Source of the DNA: a bacterium
GTDB lineage: Bacteria > UBA8248
Length of the DNA stretch: 64,000 nt
NCBI GenBank assembly: GCA_965213685.1
Contig: CBDBZY010000064.1
Location: 512,001 to 576,000, forward strand
Direction: 5' to 3'
The notes beneath the pieces are model-generated. The model made no database searches. It was given only the letters and a program-made list of their open reading frames with translations, and was not told the DNA's origin. Both the position numbers and the translations under genes were made by a program. Positions 23,301 through 35,416 of the stretch are shown in pieces; the stretch's first letter is position 1, and every line of letters begins with the position of its first letter.

Positions 23301-26300
23301 AATGTAGAGGGTGTACTTTGAACTCGAAAGCATGTAATTATTACGATACAGTACGTGCGCGTGGTCATGTGATAGTCATGTCGAACCGCCTCCGCCAGAC
23401 AACCACAATAAGCAGGCTAATTGCCCAGTACATTTGAGAGCAGCAGGCACGTATTGTACTGCCTCCTGCTGCAAACCTATGTACTGACCTAAGTGAGAGG
23501 CCTCTAAGAGACATACATGGCTTCAAGTGTAAAAGAGAAACTGAATATGAAACTGTGATAGTACTACATTCTGAAGAACCACATTTCAGCTGGGAGATAT
23601 GTGGCAGTTATCTACATGTTCTGTAAGGGTGATCTATGTATAGTTAGTGCATGTAGAGCAAAGACCACATGTGGGGCTCTAGCTATGGTAGTATTAAGGT
23701 ATGATGTGCATAAATACCTTGTGGCCAATATCCTTGCAAGTATATCTACTGTTACCAGCTAAAACTACACATGAATAGAGAACATTTAGGAACATTTTAT
23801 AGGCAGCCATCATCTCATGTTGCAGGGGCATAGGAAGATGCTTTTGGATGGGGGGGCTGACCTTGTGGTGGCCCAACCAGGCAATTTTTTTTATGTGCAT
23901 GCTCTGAAATCAATCCTGGTGCATTCTGAGACAAATTATAATTGATAGGAATTATACTTAAAATGGGCCCATACTCTTAGAGCAAACTAGACAGCTACAG
24001 CTACTAAAATTTCAGCTAAAGCAGCTAATTGCTAAAGCAGCTTCACAGTATCTATTACAAGTGCAATAAATGGGGGGTGTGGCCCTTCCATAAACATGGG
24101 GGGGCATTATAAAGCCCCCCCAGCCCCCCTGCTTCTTACGCCAGTGTGTTGCTATTTTTGACAGCTTGTTTGATGTTATTTGTTCATTAGATGTTTCTTA
24201 TTTTTCTAATTATTTTATTCTTCTTGGTGATTTTAATGTTCATATGCTGTCACCCTCTTCTCTTTGCTATCATCTCAATTCTATTTTACATAGATTCTCT
24301 CTTGTACAGATTGTTACTGAGCCCACTCACATCAAACACGATGGATCTTCATCCCTGCTAGACCTTGTTATAACTTCTACTCCGGAAGCTGTTTCCACTT
24401 GCTCTACTCTTCCTCCATTGGCCAATTCAGATCACTATGGAGTCCTTATCAATTTTCAGTGCAAGCTGGTTAGAGTAACAAGGAAAAGAAGATTTGTATG
24501 GAGGTATGAGCATGCTGATTTTACCTTGACTTGTGCACTGTTGAGATGCTTTGACTTTGGGCACCTTTTTGATGGAAGATCAATTGATATGTGTTGGACT
24601 CAATGGAACAATGCATTTTTGGAAGTTATGAATAGCTGCATTCCTAAGGCCATTTTGCCTGAAAGGAAGTCACCCACATGGATGAGCAAGAAAATTGTTC
24701 AACTAATAAGGAAAAGGAACTACCGTAGATCGGGAAATTTTCGTCGTTAAAAATATTTCGTCGGTGCCTGTAACGTCGAAATTTTAACACGCGAAATATT
24801 TTCCACGTCGAAAAATAAGAACACGCGAAATATTTTCCAAGTCCAATAATAAGATCGCGAAGCACTTCAGCGAGTAGCCTCGTACCCAGGCCTTCAACGC
24901 GGGGACCTGGGTACGAGGCTATTCAGCGAGTACACATGTGAAGCAAATGGCTGTGTTGAACCAATCGGTTCTCTACCTGATCCTAGAGGAGACTCGATCC
25001 ATGTACGCAAGTGTACAGATACCGTAAACGCCGTTAAAATTTTGTCAGGTTTATAAAATTTCGTGTTTTTAATTTTCGTCGGTGTACTGGAGCGACGAAA
25101 ATATTTTAACGCGACAATTTGACAGACGAAAGTTTCTACAGTTGAAAATTTCCCGATCTACGGTACTACTTCAGAAAGCACAAAGCAACCAAGTCTACCA
25201 TCATGCATGGAAAATACAGGTCTCTCAGAAATAAAGTGGTTGCAAGTCTACGTCAGTCGAAGTGCAGTTTTTACATGAATCTCAAGCCAAAGTCAAGCAA
25301 GACTTTTTGGAAAACTGTTAATACTCTTTCTAGAAGTAAGTCAGCCATACCAACTCTTGTTCATAACAATGTTGCTGTTGCTTCCGATAGGGGTAAGGCT
25401 GAAGCTCTTAATGCCCATTTCACAAAGTGTTTTAGCTATTCTGTTCCTCCTATCATCTGTGGTAGCTGGCACTATTCCACTTCTGATGAGATCTCAGACC
25501 TACTTTGCAGTGAGGAGGAGGTAGAATTTCTTCTTTCATCTGTTGACCCCAACAAAGCCACTGGCCCTGATGGCATATCAGCTAGAATGCTGAAATCAAC
25601 TGCTGCTAGTATTGCACCTGCAGTTATGGCAATCTTCAATTTGTCTCTGATTCAAGGCCAGTTGCCTATGGAGTGGAAAGTGGCTCAAGTCATACCAATA
25701 CCCAAGTCTGAACAACTATCTAATCCTACTAACTACAGACCAATTTCCTTGCTCTCCATTCTGAGTAAATTGTTAGAAAGGTATGTGCAAACCCACCTCC
25801 TCAACCATTTTCACTTCTCAAAAGGAAAATCCACTACTGGTGCTCTCCTGTCTGCAACACATGCCTGGCATATGGCTCTTGAAGCTGGAGAGGATGTTTG
25901 TTGTGTATTTTGGACTTGACAAAGGCTTTTGATAAGGTTCCGCATTTATCTCTCTTACAAACACTTGCTGAACATGGAATTAATGCACACTTATTGAATT
26001 GGTTATATGACTATGTAAGCCAGAGGTCCCAGTTTGTAGTTGTGAATGGTGAGAGGTCAAAGTGCTCAAATGTCATTTCTGGAGTACCTCAAGGATCTGT
26101 GCTTGGTCCTCTTCTCTTCATCATCTACTTGGATGGCATAACAAAACTTCCACTTCATGATGGATCTTGCTTATTGTTATATGCTGATGACATCCTACTG
26201 TATCGCCAGACACAACATCATGAGGACTATCTACTTCTGCAACAGGATATTGCTAGTCTGGAATTATGGCTGCAGCAAAAATATTTGCAGTTGAATGTTA

Positions 26301-28030
26301 CCAAATGTAAGTACATGGTTTTGACTAGGAAATACCATCCCGATCCCTCACATCCTTAGCAATCCAAGGAGCTCCTATTGAGAGAGTTTTTGAGTTTAAA
26401 TACTTAGGAGTATGCTTGACTCACAACTTATCTTGGAAATCTCATATACTACAGATATCTAAGAAGGCTAGGAAGCAGGCAGGAATTATTTACAGAACCT
26501 TTTATAAATATTCAAATCTTGACTGCCTGAAGCAATTGTATCTGTCATTTGTGAGACCTCATCTTGAATATGCTGCACCTGTGTGGGATTCCTACTGTTC
26601 CTCTCATGTTGATATTCTAGAGAAAGTCCAAAAGTTTGCTCTTCGTATTTCCTACAAGGCTTGGAAGGAACAGTACACATCTCTTCTTGAGAGATCTGGA
26701 CTGCAGCCTCTGGCTATACGAAGGAAACTTTTGACACTCTGCTACCTATATCATCTGATACAGGGTAATGTCACTTTTTCTGAGGCTCCAATTATTCCTA
26801 GGAACCTTGACCCCCAGCTTAGAAACTTCTACCCACAACTTCTTTGCCAGCCATATTGTACATCCACCTCATACATGTTCTCATTGTTTCCACATGTTAT
26901 TGCATTATGAAACGCTTTACCTTCTCCATTGCATTGTGTTGATACATTTTCTGAGTTTAAGTGTAATGTTTTGTCCTTCCTGCAGGCTGATTGTGTTGTG
27001 TTGGTGTAATATGGGTGCATTGTTTATTAGGAACATGCTACTAATATATCCCTGCGTGTATGTGCAAACTTTTCATAGGAAAAAAAAGGTATACTGAAAG
27101 AGTATGGCCTGGAAAATGAGAATACAGATTGATAGTGGTTAAGTATATTTGATTCCTTTATCCACGTGCACAACATTCACGATTAACTGGTTCTCTGAAT
27201 ACCTTTACAGTGGAACCCCTCTAAAGCGGACACCATTGGGACCAGGATTTTTTTCCGCTATAGCGAAGTGTCCGTAGCTCAGGGGTTTAGGTGCTCACGT
27301 GTGTGAATGCGCGCGCATGTAGCTAGTGTCCGTATAGGCTATACACACTCATAGGCTGAGGTCAAGATGCGAAAATCTGACTTCGCTGGGAATCCAATCG
27401 TTCGTGAGAAGCCGCCACATGTACCGTACATCACAGATACGTGTAGTTTAGTCTTGACCTACGTGAAGATCATGAGCTTCAATGCTATATATACTTACCA
27501 AGTTGGTATTATTGCTGTATCTACAGTCTAGTTTGTTGTAGCTATTGGGATATAGATGTCCGTAATACAAAATATCGAGGTGTCTGTATCTGAGGGGCTG
27601 ATTTGTGAACTTGAACTTTATATAGGCATGCGTTTGAGACCTTTGATGTTCCTCGTTTTTCGGGAGTCCAGCATAAAGGGATTTACTTTACAATACTAAA
27701 CTGTCCGTTGTGCGGGGTTTTCTAGTATTGCGAGTGTACAATTGGGAACGGATTACTGTCCGTTATACGGAGTAGCGTGGTGTCCGCTATTCAGGGGTTT
27801 CTAATGTATTCAGTCTATGGAGAAACGATCGGGACTTTCAGAACTGTCCGTTATATCGTGGGTGTCCGCCGTTGAGGGGTGTCCGTTAAGCGGGGTTCCA
27901 CTGTACTCCTTAAACCATAAAATACTCACTCACCATTTCCTGCTGTGTCTCCTATGTTGGTAGTAGCCAACATCAAGGCAGAGAGTAGAAAGAAGTTTAC
28001 TGTAACTTGTACCATGCTTCTCTTCTGCAT
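17390..28030 (-). CDS. Type-I membrane receptor: signal peptide, multiple Ig-like and FN3 domains, TM helix, Tyr-motif cytoplasmic tail (about 1395 aa if the broken exon is skipped)
   Basis: GT-AG exons read by eye with consistent phases: 28030-27934 (signal peptide MQKRSMVQVTVNFFLLSALMLATTNIG), 22874-22581 Ig, 22521-22177 Ig, 22085-21732 Ig, 21613-21296 FN3, 21226-20957 Ig, [20896-20535 chimeric, in-frame stop], 20476-20204 Ig, 20131-19790 Ig, 19690-19358 Ig, 19303-18986 FN3, 18931-18662 Ig, 18591-18406 plus 18338-18243 FN3, 18174-17899 FN3, 17870-17705 TM (AVLGGVVAVAVAVSVSTVIGVAVVVVVLLVLKSRRK), 17639-17390 tail. Ig exons have C..W..(D)xGxYxC motifs. The first exon is the least certain. Confidence 0.85.
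23823..24146 (+). mobile_element. hAT-like MITE in receptor intron 1
   Basis: Imperfect TIRs CAGGGGCATAGGAAG and CTTCTTACGCCAGTG; no clean TSD seen. Confidence 0.55.
24723..25163. mobile_element. Tc1/mariner (Tc2/pogo-like, CCGTA-ended) MITE
   Basis: TIRs CCGTAGATCGGGAAATTTTC and GAAAATTTCCCGATCTACGG with a TA TSD. Removing it restores the LINE frame (RKRNY|YFRKHKATK). Confidence 0.9.
24875..24921. mobile_element. 47-bp Academ(H)-like mini-MITE
   Basis: TAGCCTCGTACCCAGG..CCTGGGTACGAGGCTA with a perfect 9-bp TSD TTCAGCGAG. Confidence 0.85.
27208..27903. mobile_element. Tc1/mariner (pogo/Tigger-like, CAGT-ended) MITE
   Basis: TA|CAGTGGAACCCC..GGGGTTCCACTG|TA with internal GTGTCCG subterminal repeats. 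Confidence 0.85.
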
Positions 28031-29675
28031 GAGGTGTTTGTGCACAACTTCTACATATGTTAACAACATCTGTTACACTGCAGACACTCTACATATTGCA
28101 TACATACATTCAGTCCCAAAGGAAAAGTAAAATCTAGTGTGGGAGAACAAAAACGTAGTGTGGGAGAAGAAAAACTTTGTGTAGGAGAAGTAAAACTCTC
28201 TTGACAGGAATGCAACTGAGATAACCACAACATGTTAAAAATAGCTATCTCAGTTTTTCTTTGTAGGTAGGTTGAAGTCTGTCATGTGCTCCACAAGACA
28301 TTCCTATCAGCCTGACAGGGATTTCACTTTCTGAGAAGTTGGCATAACATAATGCCACATATCAGCTGCAGGGTAATGACAAACTCTGGAATAGAAAACA
28401 CTCCTGCTGTCTGCAAGTGCAAGAACAAAGATTATTAGACCATGACCTGATCTAACATGCCACTGTCAATTACTCTTGTGTCCCAAGAGAGTGCTCATAC
28501 CTTGCTTATCACACATGCATCTTGTTCAGTAAGCAATGACTGGAACGAGAGAAGAAATATCTCTACTACTATCAAAAGAGCTGCAGGAGAAATGCAACAA
28601 AACTATTGTCATAGTCAACAGAGGTGAATATGGTGAAGATGTTCCTTTGACATAAGCATCCATACAGTCGTTAACCCATTAAGGGTGGTGTGACATTATG
28701 AATATTAATAAGGTGCTTGGTTGCTATGGGACAGTATTTCTGAAAGTACACTAGCTAAGGACGCCGGATTGGGCTAGAAGCGCTGCACACACCACAGCTG
28801 CTATACGAAGTTTCAGAACTGTAGCTTACTCTGTCACCGGAAGGTGAAGCGGTCAATTCTCGACTTTCTTTTTCATAAAACTCCCTAACTAAACCATCTA
28901 CGTTCTTGAAACTTGGTTCCTAGGGCCATTTCCACTAGCCCAATCGATTAACAGAGCCGTTTTCGTTCTACGCAGTACGCAAGCATGACTTTTTGAACTT
29001 TTCTCAGAATTGGAGCGTTGAATTTGAAAAAAACCCTCTGTTACGGTCTTCGGTACCGCCCCAGGATGACGCAAACGGCTGGGCATCCTTTTCCGGACGA
29101 GCGCAGAGGAGTTTTACAGAGTTATGCATGCTACATACCTTACACGGGCCTTATTGATTCTATGGTTTCCGTAGTTGCCATAGCAAAACCATAGGAATGC
29201 TAATTTATCTGGTTGTGAGAAGGGCGCTATACGCGTAAGCGCCCGTAGGCAACGTAACAGCGCAGCTGTGGCATATGCATGGTTTCCACTAATTAACCGC
29301 GAAGCCCAAGCGCTGCACATTCCTTTGCAGCAACGTCGTATCCATAAAAAATACATTTTGATCCCCCGCTTATGCATGGTAGTCAAGAAATATAATACGG
29401 ATTGTTGGGAAAAAAGAAAGTACAGAAGGCCATCACTTGGTGGTTGTTTTCTGAATACTAGGTTGGGAACATGAACAGGGCAGTTGGTGCTGAGAAGTTG
29501 GAGATTAATGTCGGTGTTGCCTTGGACATGTGCAAATGCAGATTGATTGTACACGTTATGGTAACAGAATCATGAAAGCACAGAAGTACAAACACTCAGC
29601 GCAATGGACTCATATATATGTGCATGCCCAGCTTTGCAATGACATTGGGCGTAAACACATGCAGGTAGGTTCTTC

Positions 29676-31570
29676 ATATCAGAAAGTCGGTAGACTCTCT
29701 ATGTAGGGATGGCGCCGACACTCCCATAGTGCGCGTACATTGGAAAACCTTCTTAACTCGCGAACACTCGCGTTTTAAGCCTTTCTCGGCACGCGAATGG
29801 CCTATTCAACCGATTCTCTACCCAACGATACCCCACAAGTAGCTAGAATGCATTCCTTGACTTACTGCCAGATAATGGACGAAAGGTGATTTTGTTTTTT
29901 TTTCTTATTCTTCTTCTTCTTCTTACGAGATTTCTTTCAAACGACTTTACTCGAAACTGGCTGAAGTAATCACCATAGTTCTTTCACAGATCCACTGTAA
30001 TCACTACGAAGTATGATCTGTGCTAAAAAAATGTTAGTATCTTCTCTACTATGGGCAGAATCTAGATCCCCAGACAACTTTACCATATTTGGAAGCCATT
30101 TTGTAAGCACATGAGGGCGGGCCTCGCGAAGTCACGCCTATTAATTTATCGATGGCTTCACATAGCAAAGGCTACTCGATCTTTTGTCACTGAAAAGAGC
30201 GCGTTCTTACTTCGCCGTACAATTGTACAACGAACTTCAATGTAACTGGTATGAGTTAGCTAGTCAGATACACTGAGGAAACTACTCTAGCTCAGGACTT
30301 TTTAGAGGGGCTCAGCCTCCCAACTTCGTAAGTGACTGATTATGAGGTTTAAGGTAGGAAGGCCCCTAAGTTGCGTTGCATGAAAAGGTATTTTTCTAAC
30401 ATTCTCCCCATGTGCAGATTTACGGTATGGCGTTATTCTCTGGATATTTCCTGCTTCGAACCATCTGTACCACCCGCAAGATGCATATCGCTAAGTTTAA
30501 AAAAAAAATTCCGCAAGAACTACGCATGATAGAAGGATGAACCTTCGCGACTGTATAAAACACTTCTGGCTACACACGAATTGCGGAAGCCTTTTTGCTA
30601 GTTAGTCCTTGTTTTGGATGAAAAACGCATTTATTTTCTAGGCAAAATATTTGAAAAAGCTTCCTAAGAATGTTTTGTGTATGGTCCGTGAAGTCGTTTG
30701 ACGCCAACTGCGCATATTTCGGTTGGTCGTATCTTGCGGAGTTGATGGCCAACTCGAAAGACAGAAATGTGGAACCGGATCCTCCCATTTATATCACGTG
30801 CGCGGTATGGCACACGTACGTACACGTGCGTACGGTATGAGTACACAGTCTGCGATTCCCTAAAGGGGGCGGTGTCTCCGTATATTCTTACTACACGTTA
30901 GTAAAATGTTATGACGTAATTATTTGCGCAGCGCCGCACGTCGAGTTGGAACGACATTTAAAACATTTTTCCACTAAACACTTTGCAAAAATTCCACTGA
31001 ATAATGGTATTTCGCTAACCAGTACAACAACAAAAGTGTGTTAAAAATAGATTTGGCCAGATTCAGAACTCAAGTATTTCCTACCGGCCCACTCGTATCT
31101 CCGCCGCTGACTAGTAGCAATGGCTGTTCTGATCACCGATATGTTTGTTGGATGAAACTTGCAAGAATATTTTGTGTACTATTGTACAAGAAAAAGTACA
31201 CAAACAAGTATGAAAAACATTTTCCAAAAATGTAGAGGGATGTAGGGATGGTAGTGCCAAAAACCACAGAAAATAGGTGTAGAGATGGCAGTGTACAGGC
31301 AAGGCAGGTTATAAAAAGACTACACAAGCAACCCCATCCCTACATCTTTCTTTTTCCTTGAAATTGTTCTGTGAGTTTAGCTATGAAAATTCTGGGAACA
31401 TCAATGCCATGCGATGAGAAAAAGAAAGATGTAGGGATGGAGTTGCTTATGTAGTCTTTTTATAACCTGTCTTGCCTGTACACTGCCATCTCTACACCTA
31501 GTTTCTGTGGTTTTTGGCACTGCCATCCCTACATCCCTCTACATTTTTGGAAAATGTTTTTCATACTTGT
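29676..31570 (-). mobile_element. Palindrome-ended non-autonomous element, copy 3 (with an insertion of about 750 bp at about 30350-31100)
   Basis: Terminus ATATC-AGAAAGTC-GGTA-GACTCTCT-ATGTAGGGATGG; palindrome arms at about 31204-31355 and 31419-31570; the body aligns with copy 1 in reverse. Confidence 0.75.
30349..31090 (+). mobile_element. TTAA-GG-starting repeat (Kolobok-like), related to 37857-38480
   Basis: Both copies start TTAAGG(T/C)AGGA.G.CCCTAAG and share the internal ATGCATATCGCTAA..AAAAAAAATT motif. Confidence 0.4.
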
Positions 31571-31611
31571 AATATTATGTTCTCATGAAAATATCACACC
31601 TTTCTTTATAC

Positions 31612-32220
31612 TGCTTGGTTCCTTGGGTTCCCTGTGGTTCTTTGAGTTTCTTGAGTTGTTGTGGTCCCTTGAGTTCCTTTGGTTCCTTGAGTTCATCCCG
31701 ATGAAGGATCACCGTCATCCGAAAGCTCGAGATAAGTTTTTGATAATATACTGCTGCCAATTGTATGCACACAAGCATGCCCCCCAAGCAGATCTCGAGG
31801 AGACTGAGAGGATACCCGCCCGAGTCGCAGGAGAGGGTCGAGATTGGGAGTGCTGATGAGGAGGCTTCACCTCCTCGGGGAACTTCGCCCCCACCTGGCT
31901 CCGCCAGGGTTGATTGGGTTCCATGTGGTTCTTCAAGTTCTTTGGGTTCCCTGTGGTTTCTAGAGTTCCTCTGGTGCCTTTAATTCCTCTGGTTCCTTGG
32001 GTTTCATATGGTTCCTTGAGTTTCTCTGGTTCCCTGTGGTTCTTTGATTACCTCTGGTTTCTTGAGTCCCACTGCTTCCTTGGTCCTGTGTGGTTCCTTG
32101 AGTTCACTGTGGTTCCCTGGTTCCCTGGTTTCCTGTGGTTCCTTGAGTTCCTCTGGTTCCCTGTGGTTCCTTGGATTCCTCAGTTCCTCTGGTTCCCTGT
32201 GTTTCCTTGAGTTCCTCTGA
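31612..32220. repeat. Minisatellite of 9-10 bp GGTTCC(C/T)T units, interrupted at about 31695-31915
   Basis: Visible iterations of ggttccttga/gttcctct/ggttccctgt. Confidence 0.85.
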
Positions 32221-32759
32221 TCTACCCTTCTTTTCCAGCCAAATTTGGCTAAAGAAAAGAACATTGTGTAGACAACGGAGAACCATATTTTCTATATGTA
32301 CTTGTACTAGCCATTAAAATTTGGACTGTTCACTTCACATACAAACAGCTGGCAGCTCAATGAGATGACTGGCATTTCTAGCTATGTCAGAGAATAAATA
32401 TTAGGGACCTATGGTGATAGGCTTCAAAAGCAGGTTTCACTGAAAATGCCATAATGTTGATATATGACAGCAAGAATCATGGAATATGCACTTTCACTTG
32501 AATGCCGAAAACTCCAGGCCAGACTCAGTCTTCTATACAAGATTATCTACAAGCTATGCTATTTCAATGAAGGCATATTCATACCCAATACTTCAGCTAC
32601 TCACCATGCCTGCCATCCTGTTAGAACTAACACTTACTTTTATTCATTCTTACTCTTGTCTTTGCAATTTTGTTTGTTTGTTCCTTTTTTTAGTTCAATA
32701 GATGCCTTGTATTAGCCTATGTGCTATGTACCTGTGTTCGTGTCTTCAATGACATTGGC

Positions 32760-33495
32760 ATTTTTGTCCCTATACATAAAGGAAGAAGCAGAGATCCCCA
32801 ACAGCTACAGGGAAATCACACTAACTTCAGTGTTTTATCAAAATGTTGGAATCCTTAGTTTTAGCTTGTCTTCTAAGTCACCTGGCTGAGAGAGACATAC
32901 CTCACCTCAACCAGACAGCATACTAGAAAAGGGTCTTCTGTGCAGAGGCGCTGTCTTTTCTACCCTTGAGGGTACTCCTAGAAGAATGAAGTATGTACAA
33001 TGTTGTGTGTTTCTATGACCTTTAAAAGGCCTTTGACTCTGTTCAGTACCCTGTCCTCCTCAAGTGGGGCTTCCACTTGTCCATCACATAGGTAATTTTG
33101 TATGACCACTGGTCTTCACAGGGTGTGAGGTTTGTCCGTTGTCCGGAGGTTAGAAGTTGTCCTTATCTTGGAGGTAGAAATGTACTGATTACATGCTATG
33201 GTTCAATGCATGCTACAGTCGGTTGGGGGCAGGCATTTTGTCCATTCTACGGAGGTTGTCTGCTTCTCGAAGTGCCTATATCGGAGCTTCCACTGTCTGT
33301 AGGCTTTGCTATTGAGATAGAGGAATGTTGGCACAGTTATTACATGGTATCTTTCAGAGAACATCCATGAGTGAGTCATTAATCTTATGGACTCTGTTGG
33401 ACATATGATATGCTTCCTGAAACCTGAGTACAGGCACTACAGGCACACAGTGCACACATCATAATGTTCCTTGGAATGATGCTGTATAAATGCCA
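32760..33495 (+). mobile_element. Degenerate LINE RT fragment with a nested CAGT-type MITE remnant; inverted copy of 800-1400
   Basis: Reads PIHKGRSRDPNSYREITLTSV..LESLVLACLLSHLAERDIPHLNQTAY. Confidence 0.65.
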
Positions 33496-34559
33496 AGGTA
33501 AATTTTTGAGCAACACTGATTTCTACATGTATATGGCCATGCCAACTGTTTTTGGAATATAAGCAGTCATTATCCAGTAGATAGACGTAGGCTTTTTGAT
33601 TGCATTAGACTACTCTTTAAGGTTAGGGATGGGAATGCAAAATTTTTCATCACTCAGGGAAGTAGGAGCTATTGAGGAGCTATGCTGTGCACTGTACTTT
33701 TGTGCATATATTACCCCATTTTAGAAATGGAATTTCTCTCTGGTCTGAAGAGGAAGAGCTCTGAGCGTAACCTCAGGTGGTTTAGTTGTGCAAGTCATAC
33801 TTGTTGGTCCATCATCACCCCAAGGAGTAAACTACGGTAAACCTACAAAAACTGAAAGTGCAGAAGACTAGTTTGAATGTAATGATGAGGGATATTCACT
33901 TTACACATGACAATGAGAGTGGGGTAGTGTCCCTGGTCATTAGTTTGGCATCCTGTTGAGTGAATGAACCAGCTCTATATGCATGGCAGTGCAGACATGG
34001 CCTATAGAAGTGTGCCAGTGGGGCAGAGATCATTGATTCTCATACTTGTTTTGCAATGCATGTGTCTAGACACTTTTACACAGTATCTACATGTACATCC
34101 ACCAGCTCAGGCTCCAGATGGAGATTGTAAGCAAACAACTTTCAGACACAGCTGTTTTTATTACCGCATTAGTACCTAATAAATAGATCATGTGCAGCCT
34201 TTGAGGTGCCTCTGTGTATGAGAACTGGTCTGGAAAAACTACCACTCTGTATATGGCTTCATTACTGCTTGTAATACCATTCAATATTCCAAATCATAAC
34301 AAACCATTTCATCTTGAGATTATAGTTGTCTTCTTTGTCTGGACTGTCAGCCAATGCTGGGAATAAGCACACAGAGGATGCATCACAGCAAAAATGAAGG
34401 AAGACCTGTAGGAGTGTGGAATGCATGAAATCACCTGATCCTACTAAATCCCAGGAAGTAAACGTGCAAGCTCTGCCACCTGCGTCGAATTGATTTTCTC
34501 CAGTCGGTTCCTCTGAACAACCAAATATGTGGTTGAAGAAGAAATGTTCATGGAACGAG

Positions 34560-34726
34560 GAGGAGGGGTTCTGCGTTCTGGAGTATAAGAAGAGGCGACT
34601 GCTCAGCCCGGAGTCATTCGGTAGCGGCGACAACGACTGAAATCGCACTCCGCTAAGCAGAAACTTAGCCACTTCCACAAAAACCTGAAGACTACTTCAC
34701 TCATTCAGAAGCTACGACCACACACC
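34560..34726 (+). promoter_or_regulatory. Putative core promoter/5'UTR of the secreted-protein gene
   Basis: TATAAGAA at about 34584-34591; the block is conserved upstream of the paralog (about 13045-13228). Confidence 0.4.
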
Positions 34727-35375
34727 ATGTCACCAGCTCGACTCGCGCTGTTAGCCCTTCTCGTGTTGGGGGCTATGTGCTCGGCCTCTGCTCGCTCCGC
34801 GCACACAGAGCAGGACTTTTCCAGGCTTTATAAACGGCCGTTGTACGTTTATGAGGGGGAGGAGATCAATGCCCAAGCTGCCGCATCACGAGCGCCCATG
34901 AACTACCCGCAGCTCACCTCGGAGCTGGTGGCGGTTGAGCAGCAGATGTGTATGGGAAGAGACTTACCAGTTCCATCCGCAAGTGTGGAGGTTTGCTCTG
35001 TGACGCCTTTCCATTGTGGATTGGTGAGGGTGCACGCTGGCGGTAATACTTTCAGCTGGGGTCAAACAAGAAAGACTGCGGCGGTTCGAGTCTGTGACCG
35101 TAAGTATTATGCTACTGACTTTAGGCATACAGTGTATTAAAGACTGACTTAGGTGCTAAACAACTTGCATGCTGACAACTCTAATCTTTCCTTCCGCAGA
35201 AAAAGGTAACATGTGCTACATGCCTATGGCAAATGACTGTTCTCGAATTCGTTCGTGGGCACGTAAAATCCCCATCAAAGTTCCAGCACCTAACGGAGAC
35301 ATAACTGTGAATGTCAACCTACAAGCCTGGCCAACTGAGGCGTGTGTTCAGGTTCACCTTCCACGCTGCGTGTAA
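34727..35375 (+). CDS. Secreted cysteine-rich protein of unknown family (182 aa, 2 exons)
   Basis: Exon 1 34727-35099, intron gtaagt..ttccgcag, exon 2 35200-35375, in frame. Signal peptide MSPARLALLALLVLGAMCSASA, a KR site and 8 Cys in the C-terminal domain. A paralog in the window supports the structure. Confidence 0.85.
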
Positions 35376-35416
35376 CGGTATGTGTGATAATGATAATTAT
35401 TGTACTATAATTATAG

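Larger units (their letters stand above)
24150..27090 (+). mobile_element. Degenerate LINE (APE endonuclease + RT) in receptor intron 1, interrupted by nested MITEs
   Basis: ORFs 24166 (LLGDFN, SLLDLVIT, SDH), 25203, 25898 (DLTKAFDKV, GVPQGSVLGP, YADD) and 26416 (RPHLEYAAPVW) are joined by frameshifts; A-rich end near 27080-27088. Confidence 0.92.

Noticed and set aside
23008-23333. ORFs in receptor intron 1 as extra exons
   Set aside because: No Ig or FN3 motif and no phase-compatible splice sites identified; CpG-rich and probably a repeat insertion.
31914-32286. Collagen-like or repetitive ORFs (QGTRGT..)
   Set aside because: They arise from a 9-10 bp minisatellite with no stable reading frame.
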